In this document: positions 49,287 to 58,166 of the stretch, piece by piece | How the letters are laid out: every line of letters starts with the position of its first letter | Position numbering within the stretch: position 1 is the first letter of the stretch | DNA from: a virus | Lineage: Duplodnaviria > Heunggongvirae > Uroviricota > Caudoviricetes | Length of the DNA stretch: 64,000 bases | IMG/VR virus record: IMGVR_UViG_2519899835_000003 | Strand: one strand, 5' to 3' | Notes under the pieces: generated by a model | What the model saw: only the letters and a program-made list of their open reading frames with translations | What the model was told of the DNA's origin: nothing | Databases searched by the model: none | Translations under genes and position numbers: made by a program

Positions 49287-49781
49287 TTAGTTTTGCTGTT
49301 CTATTTTAAGCTTGATAGTTTCATACAAAACAATAGTTGCGCCTGTTTTACATAATTCCCGGCTGTCATACGCACGAGACCAATAACACAACCAGTTCTC
49401 GAGATCTTCTCGAGTATAGGTTTTGCAGGCCAGTCCCTCTGCCATTTCCACGATTTCATCGCCTGGTGCTGTTAACTCATAGCCATTCAACAACAAGAAG
49501 ACATAACCAGCCATCATAGCTGTTCGTTTGTTTGCATTAGCAAATGGATGATTCTGAATCAGACTTTCAATCAATACTGATGCCAGTACAAACATGTCAT
49601 TAGTCTGTTCATACCATCGAACCATGCTGGGACGAGACTGAGAAGAACTTAAATTATCAACACTCAGCACACTAACAGGTTCATCTGGTGTTTGAAGCTC
49701 AATTAAAAGGCGATTAATTTCGGTAAGATCATCAAACGAAAGGTAGTGCACTCCTTCAACAATCTCAGCCATAGAGCACAA
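49287..49781 (-). CDS. Fic/Doc-family toxin
   Basis: HPFANANKRTA motif; TTG at 49781, ATG at 49772. Confidence 0.8.
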   Translation of the reverse strand: MCSMAEIVEGVHYLSFDDLTEINRLLIELQTPDEPVSVLSVDNLSSSQSRPSMVRWYEQTNDMFVLASVLIESLIQNHPFANANKRTAMMAGYVFLLLNGYELTAPGDEIVEMAEGLACKTYTREDLENWLCYWSRAYDSRELCKTGATIVLYETIKLKIEQQN

Positions 49782-49790
49782 TACCCATCA

Positions 49791-49970
49791 TTACACTTTT
49801 GAAAGTTCTTCCATTGCCTTCTCGTAACGAGAAAAACCGAAATCGAAAGCATTTTTCACCTGCTCACGATGAGTGCAATTTTCATCGATAGCCGGGCGCG
49901 GAGCTGCCACAACGCTTTTATCGCGAGGGGGAATAGTCAATCGCGGGTGTTTTTTTAGTGCGTAGCTCAT
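49791..49970 (-). CDS. Putative cognate antitoxin of the Fic/Doc protein
   Basis: 59-aa ORF ending 6 bp before the toxin start. Confidence 0.45.
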   Translation of the reverse strand: MSYALKKHPRLTIPPRDKSVVAAPRPAIDENCTHREQVKNAFDFGFSRYEKAMEELSKV

Positions 49971-50179
49971 TGGGTGTACCCTTACTTCTCCGTCCTGTTC
50001 TTTAACAAAAATCAAGTCAATACAAAATTAGTCAGGCTAATGTTGTTAGCATAGCCTAATACCAATCGTATTCACAACCACAGTAAGTGAAAAAACCCGC
50101 CGAAGCGGGTTAAGTGCGGGTGCGTTGAGGATGCCTGACACATCAGAGGTGGCGAGGGATTTCTCCCTCGCCGGGTCTC

Positions 50180-50335
50180 TTACTCCTCAGGTTCGTAAGC
50201 TGTGAAGACAGCAACCTCCGTCTGACCGGTTCGGATTCGTACCTCGCATAGGTCTTTCCTCGTTACCAGTGCCGTCACTACGACGGTAATACAGATGACG
50301 ATCAGGGCGACTAACATCGCCTTTTGCTGCTTCAT
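50180..50335 (-). CDS. hok: Hok/Gef-family type I toxin
   Basis: MKQQKAMLVALIVICITVVVTALVTRKDLCEVRIRTGQTEVAVFTAYEPEE, near-identical to HokC/Gef as recalled. Confidence 0.9.
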   Translation of the reverse strand: MKQQKAMLVALIVICITVVVTALVTRKDLCEVRIRTGQTEVAVFTAYEPEE

Positions 50336-50580
50336 AGCCTGCTTCTCCTTGCCTTTCGGCGCGTAAGAGGCTAACCTACATGTGTCTAGCATGAAATTGG
50401 CCTCAGATTAATGTTAGGCGTCTTGCAGGACGCGTAATGTTAACTGGGGTTTTTCTCTGTCTGCCTTACGGTGGCATGCCCGAGGCAGACAGCCTCAAGC
50501 ACCCGCAGCAATTCTACTTAACTCTCGCTTTACCGCAAACCGTTTTTACCCGATATGGGAATTCCCATATCGTAATGAAT

Positions 50581-50685
50581 TCAGTTCCCTAGTCGATCCA
50601 TCAAAAACACAACCAGGCAGTAAACGCCCACAACAGCAATAACAGCCAGCGCACCTTCCATTGCCAGTGATATATCATCCGACAT
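50581..50685 (-). CDS. Unannotated 34-aa hydrophobic peptide
   Basis: ATG with AGGAGGG upstream; MSDDISLAMEGALAVIAVVGVYCLVVFLMDRLGN. Confidence 0.3.
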   Translation of the reverse strand: MSDDISLAMEGALAVIAVVGVYCLVVFLMDRLGN

Positions 50686-50720
50686 ATTCCCTCCTTTGGT
50701 GTTAATCCCGGCGAACGTTT

Positions 50721-50804
50721 TTACCCCCACCGACAAATAACATATACTAAAAAAGTGATAGCCATAGCAACGCCTGTAATTGCAAATGCTTCAGGCCAGT
50801 TCAT
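50721..50804 (-). CDS. Unannotated 27-aa hydrophobic peptide coupled to the DUF551 gene
   Basis: MNWPEAFAITGVAMAITFLVYVICRWG; ATGA overlap with the DUF551 stop; degenerate copy at 7644. Confidence 0.3.
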   Translation of the reverse strand: MNWPEAFAITGVAMAITFLVYVICRWG

Positions 50805-51385
50805 TGGCGCACCTCCTGCGGCGGTTCTGGTAGCGGCATCCAGTCGGTTACATTGCGGCTCTGTGTTTCGAAAAATTCATCACCATCACGGACTACATCA
50901 AAAAACTCACCGTCTCGATATTGCGCATAAAGAACGAATGCGCCATCACATAAAATAATTACGTGCTGACCGTCATCCGGCATTCGCTCACTACAGCTTA
51001 TCCAACCATCCAGAGTTACCGGATGGTTGGTTGACGTTTCCGAGATTTCCCGAAAATTATTGGTTGACGAACCCTTCTTTTCCCGAAAGTTTCCAGCCTG
51101 AAGCATGGCGGCGCTGTCTGGCGGGGCAGCATATAGCGGCACGTATATTTCCGGTTCCTTATCAGCACCGGGTTGCTCTTCCAGTGAGAATGTCTTTCCG
51201 GTAAATCGATTCATATAAAGCACGGGCTCTGCTTCCAGCGAAGCCTGAGCAACAAGGGCCAGTGCTAAATCCAACTCAATTGCCTCGAGAGAATTTTTGA
51301 ATGCTGTCTGTTTTACTGCAAATTTCATCGCCTTTACATTTTCACTAACATGACTGATTAACTGCTCTTTTGTAAAAGTGGTCAT
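50801..51385 (-). CDS. DUF551 domain protein
   Basis: Start MTTFTKEQL preceded by the junction cassette; C-terminal WMPLPEPPQEVRQ. Confidence 0.6.
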   Translation of the reverse strand: MTTFTKEQLISHVSENVKAMKFAVKQTAFKNSLEAIELDLALALVAQASLEAEPVLYMNRFTGKTFSLEEQPGADKEPEIYVPLYAAPPDSAAMLQAGNFREKKGSSTNNFREISETSTNHPVTLDGWISCSERMPDDGQHVIILCDGAFVLYAQYRDGEFFDVVRDGDEFFETQSRNVTDWMPLPEPPQEVRQ

Positions 51386-51441
51386 CTCATTCTCCTTTGA
51401 TGCGAATGCCAGCGACAATTGAAGCCTGATAGCTAATTTAC

Positions 51442-51852
51442 TCACAGTACCGCCTCCTGAAAATTCCCCTGATAGAAAGCCAGCACGCGCTGCATAACTT
51501 CACTATTCCGGCACTCGCGACAGATTATGTTCAGGCGTCTATCGTAGCGGCGAATTTCTCCGTCTGGTAACTTTCGAATCAATGTCTGGTCAGTTGTTTT
51601 CTCCGGTGTCTTACGCCATACGCGATACACCTGTTCTGATGCAAAAACACCGTATTTACCGGACATGTATAAATCGCCACAAGCCAGTACATCCACAAGG
51701 CAACGTCTGACTGAATGCCAGCCTGCTCCCGTCGCTCTCTCCAGTTGCGATATCGTCATGCGTTCATTTTTGCGTACCAATCCGATAATTCGTGCCTTCA
51801 GTTCTTCCCGCTGTTCGTGTGTAAAAGGTTTCGCCATAAGCGCCTCCGGCAA
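51442..51852 (-). CDS. Hypothetical protein
   Basis: 136-aa ORF in the early-right operon. Confidence 0.5.
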   Translation of the reverse strand: MPEALMAKPFTHEQREELKARIIGLVRKNERMTISQLERATGAGWHSVRRCLVDVLACGDLYMSGKYGVFASEQVYRVWRKTPEKTTDQTLIRKLPDGEIRRYDRRLNIICRECRNSEVMQRVLAFYQGNFQEAVL

Positions 51853-52623
51853 TCACTTTTCCGACACAATACGACCGGATGAATCGACAATCTGTCGAAC
51901 AATATCCCGGTGCTTGTTCAGCTCCCGCAGCGCGGCGCAGACTCGCTCCCACTTCTGGACCTGTTTTTTGGCGCGACGAAGTTCTCGACTGGCAGCATGC
52001 AGCGATGGAAGCATCACCGAACTGGCAGATTTTTCGGTGAATGATGGAACTTCTCGGATAAACTCATCTGTACTGGCCTTTGCCGTGCTCTCTGATGCCA
52101 ACGGAAAACGATTCATTTCATCGCCTGCCGCGCTGTTTTCTGCGTCATGGTGTGATTGCTTATTCTGCGATGATAAGGCGCTCAAATCGCCGTTTTCGAC
52201 ATCAGGCATTTTGTAACGGAATTTTCCGTTGCTGATCTCGCGTACCAGGCGTCTCGTTGCTGTTACCACCGCCAACGTGGAAGCAACCTTACGAGTGCTG
52301 ACACCGAACTTCCCCGCCAGTTCCTCACAGGTTTTAGCCCCCTCCTGAGAGATAAACTCAATCATCATGTCAGCGCTAACTTTTGGAGCGACCTCTTCGG
52401 TCAGCATATCCTGTGTTTCAGATTTTACTGGCCGCTCTTCGGTTACCCCGGCTTCACCTTCGACAGCCAGAAACCAGGTGTGACCCGTTTTATCAACAAC
52501 GCCATTTTTTTTGAGCTCCCACAGTTCGTTGAGAACTTCTTCACGGCTGATATCAAGCCGCGCCGCCAGTTCAACAGAATTGGCTTTTCCCATCGCTTTC
52601 AGTGCATGCAATACGGTTTCCAT
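51853..52623 (-). CDS. Hypothetical protein with N-terminal winged-helix-like region
   Basis: 256-aa ORF downstream of the helicase loader gene. Confidence 0.5.
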   Translation of the reverse strand: METVLHALKAMGKANSVELAARLDISREEVLNELWELKKNGVVDKTGHTWFLAVEGEAGVTEERPVKSETQDMLTEEVAPKVSADMMIEFISQEGAKTCEELAGKFGVSTRKVASTLAVVTATRRLVREISNGKFRYKMPDVENGDLSALSSQNKQSHHDAENSAAGDEMNRFPLASESTAKASTDEFIREVPSFTEKSASSVMLPSLHAASRELRRAKKQVQKWERVCAALRELNKHRDIVRQIVDSSGRIVSEK

Positions 52624-52648
52624 CGAAAATTTACCTCGTCAAAAATTC

Positions 52649-53389
52649 TCACATACCCTGACGTCCAACGTTTGACCGCCAGCTCTCCCAGTTAAAATTC
52701 ACCCAACGACCACCGTTCATGGTCATCCGGTCCATAATCCTCTCACCAAGAAGCGTGCTCATTGCGGCATGATTCAGGTTTGTCAGCATCCCGACACTGC
52801 GCAGTGATGCCGTCCGGCGGTCAACAATCTGGTGCAGTACCACCTGCTCGTTTTTCGTCTCACGCTGGATGCCAATTTCGTCAAGAACCAGGAGGTCCAC
52901 TTCGCACAGTTCACGCAAAAATTTTTCCCCTGACAGTCCGTCGTCATAGCTGGCATGTAACGCGCTCATCACATCCGCCACGGTGACCACTATCACGGAT
53001 TTACCGGCCTTCAGCAGACGATTACCCACAGCCGCCGCCAGATGATTTTTTCCGGTTCCCGGATTCCCGCTGAACACGAAGTTTGTATAACTGGTCATCA
53101 ATTCATCGACAATGGATTTCGCCTGGCTCAGAGCATGGCGCTGACCGTCGTTCTGCACCCGGTAGTTCCCGAATGAGCACTTCCTGTGAAGCGGCTGGAT
53201 GCCCGCACGGTTCAGGATTTTTTCAACCCGCGCCTGATGATTCAGGCGGTTAATTTCCTCGCTGCGCTTACGGCCCTCAGCCAGTTGCCATTCCCGCCAT
53301 TCGTCGGTCGTCCGGAACGGTGCTGCCACGTGCGGTGGTGCCAGACGGCGCACCCGTTCAAGAATCCCTCCAGTCGAAATGTTTTTCAT
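52649..53389 (-). CDS. DnaC/IstB-like replicative helicase loader
   Basis: Walker A GNPGTGKNHLAAAVG and Walker B LLVLDEIG. Confidence 0.85.
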   Translation of the reverse strand: MKNISTGGILERVRRLAPPHVAAPFRTTDEWREWQLAEGRKRSEEINRLNHQARVEKILNRAGIQPLHRKCSFGNYRVQNDGQRHALSQAKSIVDELMTSYTNFVFSGNPGTGKNHLAAAVGNRLLKAGKSVIVVTVADVMSALHASYDDGLSGEKFLRELCEVDLLVLDEIGIQRETKNEQVVLHQIVDRRTASLRSVGMLTNLNHAAMSTLLGERIMDRMTMNGGRWVNFNWESWRSNVGRQGM

Positions 53390-53395
53390 GGCTGA

Positions 53396-54478
53396 TTACC
53401 CCCTGAAACCCGGCGGAATTTCGGTGTCCGGTTCAGAAATGTGATTCACGCAACGCAGGCTGACTGCGCCAGCCTTCGGCAGCGACCACGGATTTTCGAA
53501 ATTCCTGTTCGGGCCAAAAAACGTCGATGCCTGCTGAACAAATTCAGTTCCCGCTTTCCCGGTAGCCTCCAGGTATCTTGCGTAACGCCTCACGCCATCC
53601 AGCACGACATCCGGTGACACCCCTTCGCGTAATCTGGCCCTCCAGGCATTGAACGCGGATTTCTTCGGGTTTGACCCTGCCCGATGCGGATATTCACGCC
53701 AGACCCGTTCGAACACGTCAGGATAATCAACTCGTCCCGCAGACGGTCCCGGCATCGCCCGGGTTAACCCAATCGGCTTCCCGCTCATCGCGGAATCGGC
53801 TTCAGGCTGCTGCGGTTGGCGTTGTTGCTCCGGTTCGACGATCAGCACCTGCTGCACACAACGCCCGGAATCTGCTTCCGGTGTCGTGCCAGCTGGTCCT
53901 GGACGTTCAGTCAGAACAGGACAAAAATCCCCCTGTGGGTCCGTGGCGATTTTTTCGCCATGGACCAGAAGGGTTTTATCCCTTTCCTGTTCTTGTTCCT
54001 GTTCCTGTTCTTGGCTTGAAAGGGGCTCTGAAGGGGCTTCAATTTTCCGACATGATTCACGTCTGACATCCAGGTGGAAATCATCCTTATATCTATCATA
54101 AAAGGATGATAAAAAAGGATTTTCCAGCAACGCGGAATATTCATTTCTTACCCCAGCACAACGGTTATCGCCAGGTTTCAGCGATTCACCAACCTGCCAT
54201 GCTGCCATTTCATGCACCCATACAACCTCAGAATCATGGTCATAGCTGCAAAAACCAGCCTCGCAAGCCATTTGAAGCCCCTTAGAAGCCCCTTCAGGAT
54301 CAAGTCCGGTTTCGTGAGCAATGTACAAAACAGGCAGGTAATAAAGGCCCAGCATATTGGAATGAGGCGAGGTCATCATATACAACGCCACTACCATACT
54401 TTCCGGACCAGACTTCCTTAGTTTTCGCCCTGTATCGCCTAACCAGAACTGAGGTGAAATTGTTGCGTAATTACGCAT
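53396..54478 (-). CDS. Replication initiation protein
   Basis: 360-aa ORF upstream of the helicase loader; contains an iteron-like repeat (53761-53830). Confidence 0.55.
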   Translation of the reverse strand: MRNYATISPQFWLGDTGRKLRKSGPESMVVALYMMTSPHSNMLGLYYLPVLYIAHETGLDPEGASKGLQMACEAGFCSYDHDSEVVWVHEMAAWQVGESLKPGDNRCAGVRNEYSALLENPFLSSFYDRYKDDFHLDVRRESCRKIEAPSEPLSSQEQEQEQEQERDKTLLVHGEKIATDPQGDFCPVLTERPGPAGTTPEADSGRCVQQVLIVEPEQQRQPQQPEADSAMSGKPIGLTRAMPGPSAGRVDYPDVFERVWREYPHRAGSNPKKSAFNAWRARLREGVSPDVVLDGVRRYARYLEATGKAGTEFVQQASTFFGPNRNFENPWSLPKAGAVSLRCVNHISEPDTEIPPGFRG

Positions 54479-54511
54479 AGTCCCCTCGCATACAAGATTT
54501 ACTCCATACCG

Positions 54512-54660
54512 CAGACGGTCCCGGTATCTCCCGGGTTAACCCAATCGGCTTCAGGCTGCTGCGGTTGGTGTGACTGCACATTGGTGTGACTGCACATCTT
54601 CACAGACGGTCCCGGTATCTCCGGGTTAACCCAATCGGCTTCAGGCTGCTGCGGTTGGTG
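54512..54660. repeat. Two ~59-bp direct repeats (54512-54570, 54603-54660), iteron-like, with a third copy inside the replication gene
   Basis: cagacggtcccggtatctcc(c)gggttaacccaatcggcttcaggctgctgcggttggtg repeated with 91-bp period. Confidence 0.55.
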
Positions 54661-54731
54661 TTGTTGCTGGCGAAATTCTTCCAGATGTGGCAGAATTATT
54701 CCCGTGTATTGCTCCATGCCCTGCCTGAATA

Positions 54732-55028
54732 TCAGATGTTCATCAGGATTTGCTCAGAACGTCCGGCCCCAACCGGACGTTTTTTATTTGCATGAACGTT
54801 AATGGCATGCTGGAAAGCCCGGCTGATCGGACTGATATCAGATGCCATCTGGAACGCGCATAAAATCGCCGCGATGTATCGCCAGTCGGTACGACTGACC
54901 TTCGATTCATGGCAGCCAATCATCTTCGCCAGTCCCCTTTGCGTCAGAGCTGACAGGTTGATAAGTAAATCCGTTTCAGCGCGATCGATATCGCGCTGTG
55001 ACAGTTTGCTGTAACTTGTTTGTGACAT
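54732..55028 (-). CDS. cII: CII-like transcriptional activator
   Basis: 98 aa; ends ANKKRPVGAGRSEQILMNI, like lambda CII. Confidence 0.75.
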   Translation of the reverse strand: MSQTSYSKLSQRDIDRAETDLLINLSALTQRGLAKMIGCHESKVSRTDWRYIAAILCAFQMASDISPISRAFQHAINVHANKKRPVGAGRSEQILMNI

Positions 55029-55095
55029 TTGTTAATTTTCCTATATTGATATGGGGTTAAGCGGCAATCCCCAATGGGTTTGCCACTGATGTTTG

Positions 55096-55137
55096 CTCAC
55101 CCTGTTAGAGGTGAACGACCAGCAATGTTAAAGAGCG
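55096..55137 (-). promoter_or_regulatory. nutR-like site (boxA CGCTCTTTAACATTG plus boxB hairpin)
   Basis: Between cro and cII; boxA identical to the nutL copy. Confidence 0.5.
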
Positions 55138-55144
55138 GTGTTAC

Positions 55145-55369
55145 TTATTCAGCCTGGTTCGGATGAGGAAACAGGTGCGGTAAGTCCGGGCGAATTTCGT
55201 AAGCCTTAACCTGACCATTGGTGGCATTAACGATAGCGAAAACTTTTTCAGGAGAAACTTTTCCGCCTCGCAACCATTTATGAACAGCGGGCTGTGATAC
55301 GCCGCAATCAGCTGCAAGTCGTTTTTGACTGCCAACAATATTCAAGGCTCGCTGAATCACTAAATTCAT
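55145..55369 (-). CDS. cro: Cro-like repressor
   Basis: MNLVIQRALNIVGSQKRLAADCGVSQPAVHKWL HTH; divergent from cI. Confidence 0.7.
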   Translation of the reverse strand: MNLVIQRALNIVGSQKRLAADCGVSQPAVHKWLRGGKVSPEKVFAIVNATNGQVKAYEIRPDLPHLFPHPNQAE

Positions 55370-55405
55370 GAGCATACCTCTACAGCAAATAAAGCATAAC
55401 CAAAA

Positions 55406-55468
55406 ATAACATGAGTTATACACCAGGGCAATAACAATTGTTGTTTTACTTTTGATAACCGTGGTTAT
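55406..55468. promoter_or_regulatory. Right operator region: three ATAAC-N4-GTTAT sites (55406-55419, 55431-55444, 55455-55468)
   Basis: Palindromes at 24-25 bp spacing between the cro and cI starts. Confidence 0.55.
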
Positions 55469-55479
55469 AGATTACAGGT

Positions 55480-56187
55480 ATGAAAACATTCGCAGAAAGA
55501 CTAAATGCCGCCATGAGTTCAGCCGGGTTGTCACAAGCACAACTTGCAGACATGGTGGGGGTATCACAACCAGCCATACAAAAGATGTCATCTGGTAAAA
55601 CAACCGGATCACGTAAAATGGTCGAATTAGCCAACGCGTTAAGAGTTCGCCCTGAATGGCTAAGCTCTGGTATAGGGTCAATGAGACCACAGAGCGCAGA
55701 AGAGCCATCTAATGCTCGGGAATCATCTTTAAAAGCTATCGCCTGGGATGATCATCAAAATGATAATGAAGAATTTGTTGCGCTCCCCCTTCTAAATATT
55801 TCACTTTCAGCTGGCGGAGGAAGTTGTGCATTGGAGGAGTCCGCAGAATTCTCTCTAGTTTTTAGGCGCTATTACCTGAAAAAAATGGGAGTTCCAGAAA
55901 AAGCGGCAAAGTTGGTCAGGGTTGTTGGGCAAAGCATGGAGCCAACACTCCATGATGGTGATGTGGTGGGGGTAAACACGCAAGATACGAGCATCAGGGA
56001 TGGTAAAACATATGCAATTTGCCAAGCTGATTTGTTAAGGGTAAAAACGCTCATAGCCACGCCAACATCGGTAATTATCAGATCGATAAACCGCGAAGAG
56101 TATCCTGATGAAGTAATGAACAGAGAAGAATTCTACAAAAACGTAAGAATCATAGGGCGAGTGTTCTGGTCATCACATAGCTGGTAA
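55480..56187 (+). CDS. cI: CI-like repressor (HTH plus LexA-like S24 peptidase domain)
   Basis: N-terminal HTH QAQLADMVGVSQPAIQKMSSG; C-terminal VGQSMEPTLHDGDVVGV with Ser/Lys dyad. Confidence 0.9.
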   Translation: MKTFAERLNAAMSSAGLSQAQLADMVGVSQPAIQKMSSGKTTGSRKMVELANALRVRPEWLSSGIGSMRPQSAEEPSNARESSLKAIAWDDHQNDNEEFVALPLLNISLSAGGGSCALEESAEFSLVFRRYYLKKMGVPEKAAKLVRVVGQSMEPTLHDGDVVGVNTQDTSIRDGKTYAICQADLLRVKTLIATPTSVIIRSINREEYPDEVMNREEFYKNVRIIGRVFWSSHSW

Positions 56188-56312
56188 TCAGACTCCAACT
56201 GAACTTTTGCTATAAGAACACTCACGAAGAACGGCCTTTTATTGTGCTCAATACCACCGATGGTAAACCATTCGCCAAGTAGCCAATTCATAAAATGCCA
56301 TTTCTAAATCCC

Positions 56313-56338
56313 CCCGGCTCCAGTGCCGGGTTTTATTT
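56313..56338 (+). terminator. Putative terminator downstream of cI
   Basis: ccggc-tccagt-gccgg hairpin followed by ttttattt. Confidence 0.4.
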
Positions 56339-56340
56339 AC

Positions 56341-56562
56341 TTAATTACACAGTCGCATATCCTGAAGTAACACATCTATAGCTAACTTCACAGCGAGATC
56401 ATCCAATTCATCATGGTGAAGCACTCGGATCATTCCCGCAATAGCATCTGCTGAAATAGCTTCCCCAGTAGCAATAACCTCAAGCAACGACACCCCTAGA
56501 ATTTCGACTACCCGCTGGTGCAACACACCAAATTCCCCTTCGATTAACATGCAATCACCCAT
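56341..56562 (-). CDS. Hypothetical 73-aa protein in the rex position, antisense to cI
   Basis: Probable start MGDCMLIEGEF; convergent with cI. Confidence 0.35.
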   Translation of the reverse strand: MGDCMLIEGEFGVLHQRVVEILGVSLLEVIATGEAISADAIAGMIRVLHHDELDDLAVKLAIDVLLQDMRLCN

Positions 56563-56657
56563 AACAATCAGCCTTTCCCCCTTGAAAATATCACGCGGAT
56601 ACCACAAAAAATAAAATATTTTTGTTATCAGTCATTTATAACGTTTTTCATAAAATG

Positions 56658-56696
56658 ATAAATATAGTTATTGCACAACCAGATAACTTAGGTTAT
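56658..56696. promoter_or_regulatory. Left operator region: two ATAA(A/C)-N4-GTTAT sites (56658-56671, 56683-56696)
   Basis: Same half-sites and 25-bp spacing as the right operators; upstream of N. Confidence 0.5.
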
Positions 56697-56744
56697 CTTC
56701 AATTCAACAGCAGGACGCTGGAAGCCAAACGGAACAGATTGGCC

Positions 56745-56784
56745 GGCTCTTTAACATTGATGGACTCTCAACCTAACCGTTGAG
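56745..56784 (+). promoter_or_regulatory. nutL-like site (boxA GCTCTTTAACATTG plus boxB hairpin)
   Basis: About 110 nt upstream of N; boxA shared with nutR. Confidence 0.55.
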
Positions 56785-56895
56785 ACCAAAATCTAAGTGG
56801 TTTTGGGGATGACGCGAATTTCAGTTGCAAGGCCGCGATCGAGAAGAAAAACACCTCGACGCGTCATACACCAAAGCCACTTAAAGGAGACCATC

Positions 56896-57201
56896 ATGGT
56901 AACCATAATCTGGAAAGAATCCAAAGGTACGGCAAAAAGCCGCTATAAAGCTCGCAGGGAAGAACTTATTGCAGAGCGGCGCAGTAGTGAAAGACTGACA
57001 CGGAAGATTGCGCTAAAGATCTCTGGTTGCGTCGGAGCAGACAAAGCAGTATCACTCGGAAGCCTTCGCTGCAAGAAGGCAGAAGAAGTCGAGAGTAAAC
57101 AGAACCGTATTTACTACCGCAAACCACGCAGTGAAATGGGTGTGACTTGCTCAGGCCGCCAGAAACAACGCGGAAAATCAATTCCGGCTTATTACGATTG
57201 A
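56896..57201 (+). CDS. N: N-like antiterminator
   Basis: Arg-rich N-terminus; C-terminus YYRKPRSEMGVTCSGRQKQRGKSIP resembles lambda N WYSKPGERGITCSGRQKIKGKSIP. Confidence 0.8.
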   Translation: MVTIIWKESKGTAKSRYKARREELIAERRSSERLTRKIALKISGCVGADKAVSLGSLRCKKAEEVESKQNRIYYRKPRSEMGVTCSGRQKQRGKSIPAYYD

Positions 57202-57209
57202 GGTTAATG

Positions 57210-57491
57210 ATGAAGTTCAAATTGAACGATGAAGTTAAATGGTCAAGCTCATCAAACGGTGTAACGAAGGTAAAAATCGGGTTTATCGTCGAGGTGATTC
57301 CTCCTGGTGTCAACGTAAAAAAATTCGAACTAGGCCGTCTGCTAGATGCACCTGGCCTTCCGAGGAAAGAAGAGAGCTATATAGTTTGTGTAGGTTCAAG
57401 ACCCGGATCTCGTGCCAAGCCAAAATATTACTGGCCGCGAGTTAATAACCTGCGTCGATTACAACAAAAAACTTGCGCCCTTAAAACTTGA
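57210..57491 (+). CDS. Hypothetical protein
   Basis: 93-aa ORF directly after N. Confidence 0.45.
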   Translation: MKFKLNDEVKWSSSSNGVTKVKIGFIVEVIPPGVNVKKFELGRLLDAPGLPRKEESYIVCVGSRPGSRAKPKYYWPRVNNLRRLQQKTCALKT

Positions 57492-57628
57492 AATTCTTCA
57501 GGCCGCCGGAAAAATGCAGCTTAAACTGGACGAATTCATCGACTGTATGGATGAAATGAATAAAGCAGTTCAGAAGCTTAAAGAGCTGACCGCCTGATAT
57601 TAATAAATTGCAACTACCGGAGTTAACT

Positions 57629-57988
57629 ATGAATGAAACAGAACTGAAGCACATTATCGCCCTGCTTCTGGAAGATGCCAGACAGGTTTATCGACTTAGC
57701 CCAAATTCCGCAACGCAGGAACGCATCCGGATAGCGGAAACAGCACTGAAACAGGACAATGGAAACGGCATATCCAAATTTAGCGCCGCCAGTGAAAATG
57801 AAGTAATAGAAATAAACAGCAATATCAGCGACAGTTGCGTCGCTTACAGCCACCAAATAATTCGTGTAAGTGCAAGAATAATGGAAGTGATGGCAAGTGA
57901 GCTTGAAAAGAACAACATCAAGCCCACTGATTGTTGTTTAAGAACCGTAATGAACGTTATTTATTACTCGATGTTCCGAAGTCGCTAA
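57629..57988 (+). CDS. Hypothetical protein
   Basis: Start MNETELKHII with GGAG upstream; AT-rich. Confidence 0.45.
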   Translation: MNETELKHIIALLLEDARQVYRLSPNSATQERIRIAETALKQDNGNGISKFSAASENEVIEINSNISDSCVAYSHQIIRVSARIMEVMASELEKNNIKPTDCCLRTVMNVIYYSMFRSR

Positions 57989-58166
57989 CAGCGTCGAGTT
58001 TTTCATTAAAAAATGATTCAAATGCATCGTAAAATACGGCAATAGCACCGCCCTTATCTACCGCGGCAGGAACTGCCTTTTGAGGTATATCTTTCTCCGT
58101 AAATTGTGTGTTGTAAGTATCGACAGCCAGCCGCATCAGAAACATCACTTTTTCTTCTTGTGTCAT
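57957..58166 (-). CDS. Hypothetical protein, convergent
   Basis: 69-aa ORF on the opposite strand. Confidence 0.3.
   Translation of the reverse strand: MTQEEKVMFLMRLAVDTYNTQFTEKDIPQKAVPAAVDKGGAIAVFYDAFESFFNEKLDAVSDFGTSSNK

Noticed and set aside
54499-54717. 72-aa minus-strand ORF across the iteron-like repeats
   Set aside because: Its translation is just the repeat read in frame (QPQQPEADWVNP twice); more likely origin repeats or a duplicated gene fragment.
57412-57597. 61-aa ORF overlapping the end of the 57210-57491 gene
   Set aside because: Overlaps the upstream gene by 80 bp in another frame with no clear RBS; at most a much shorter peptide.
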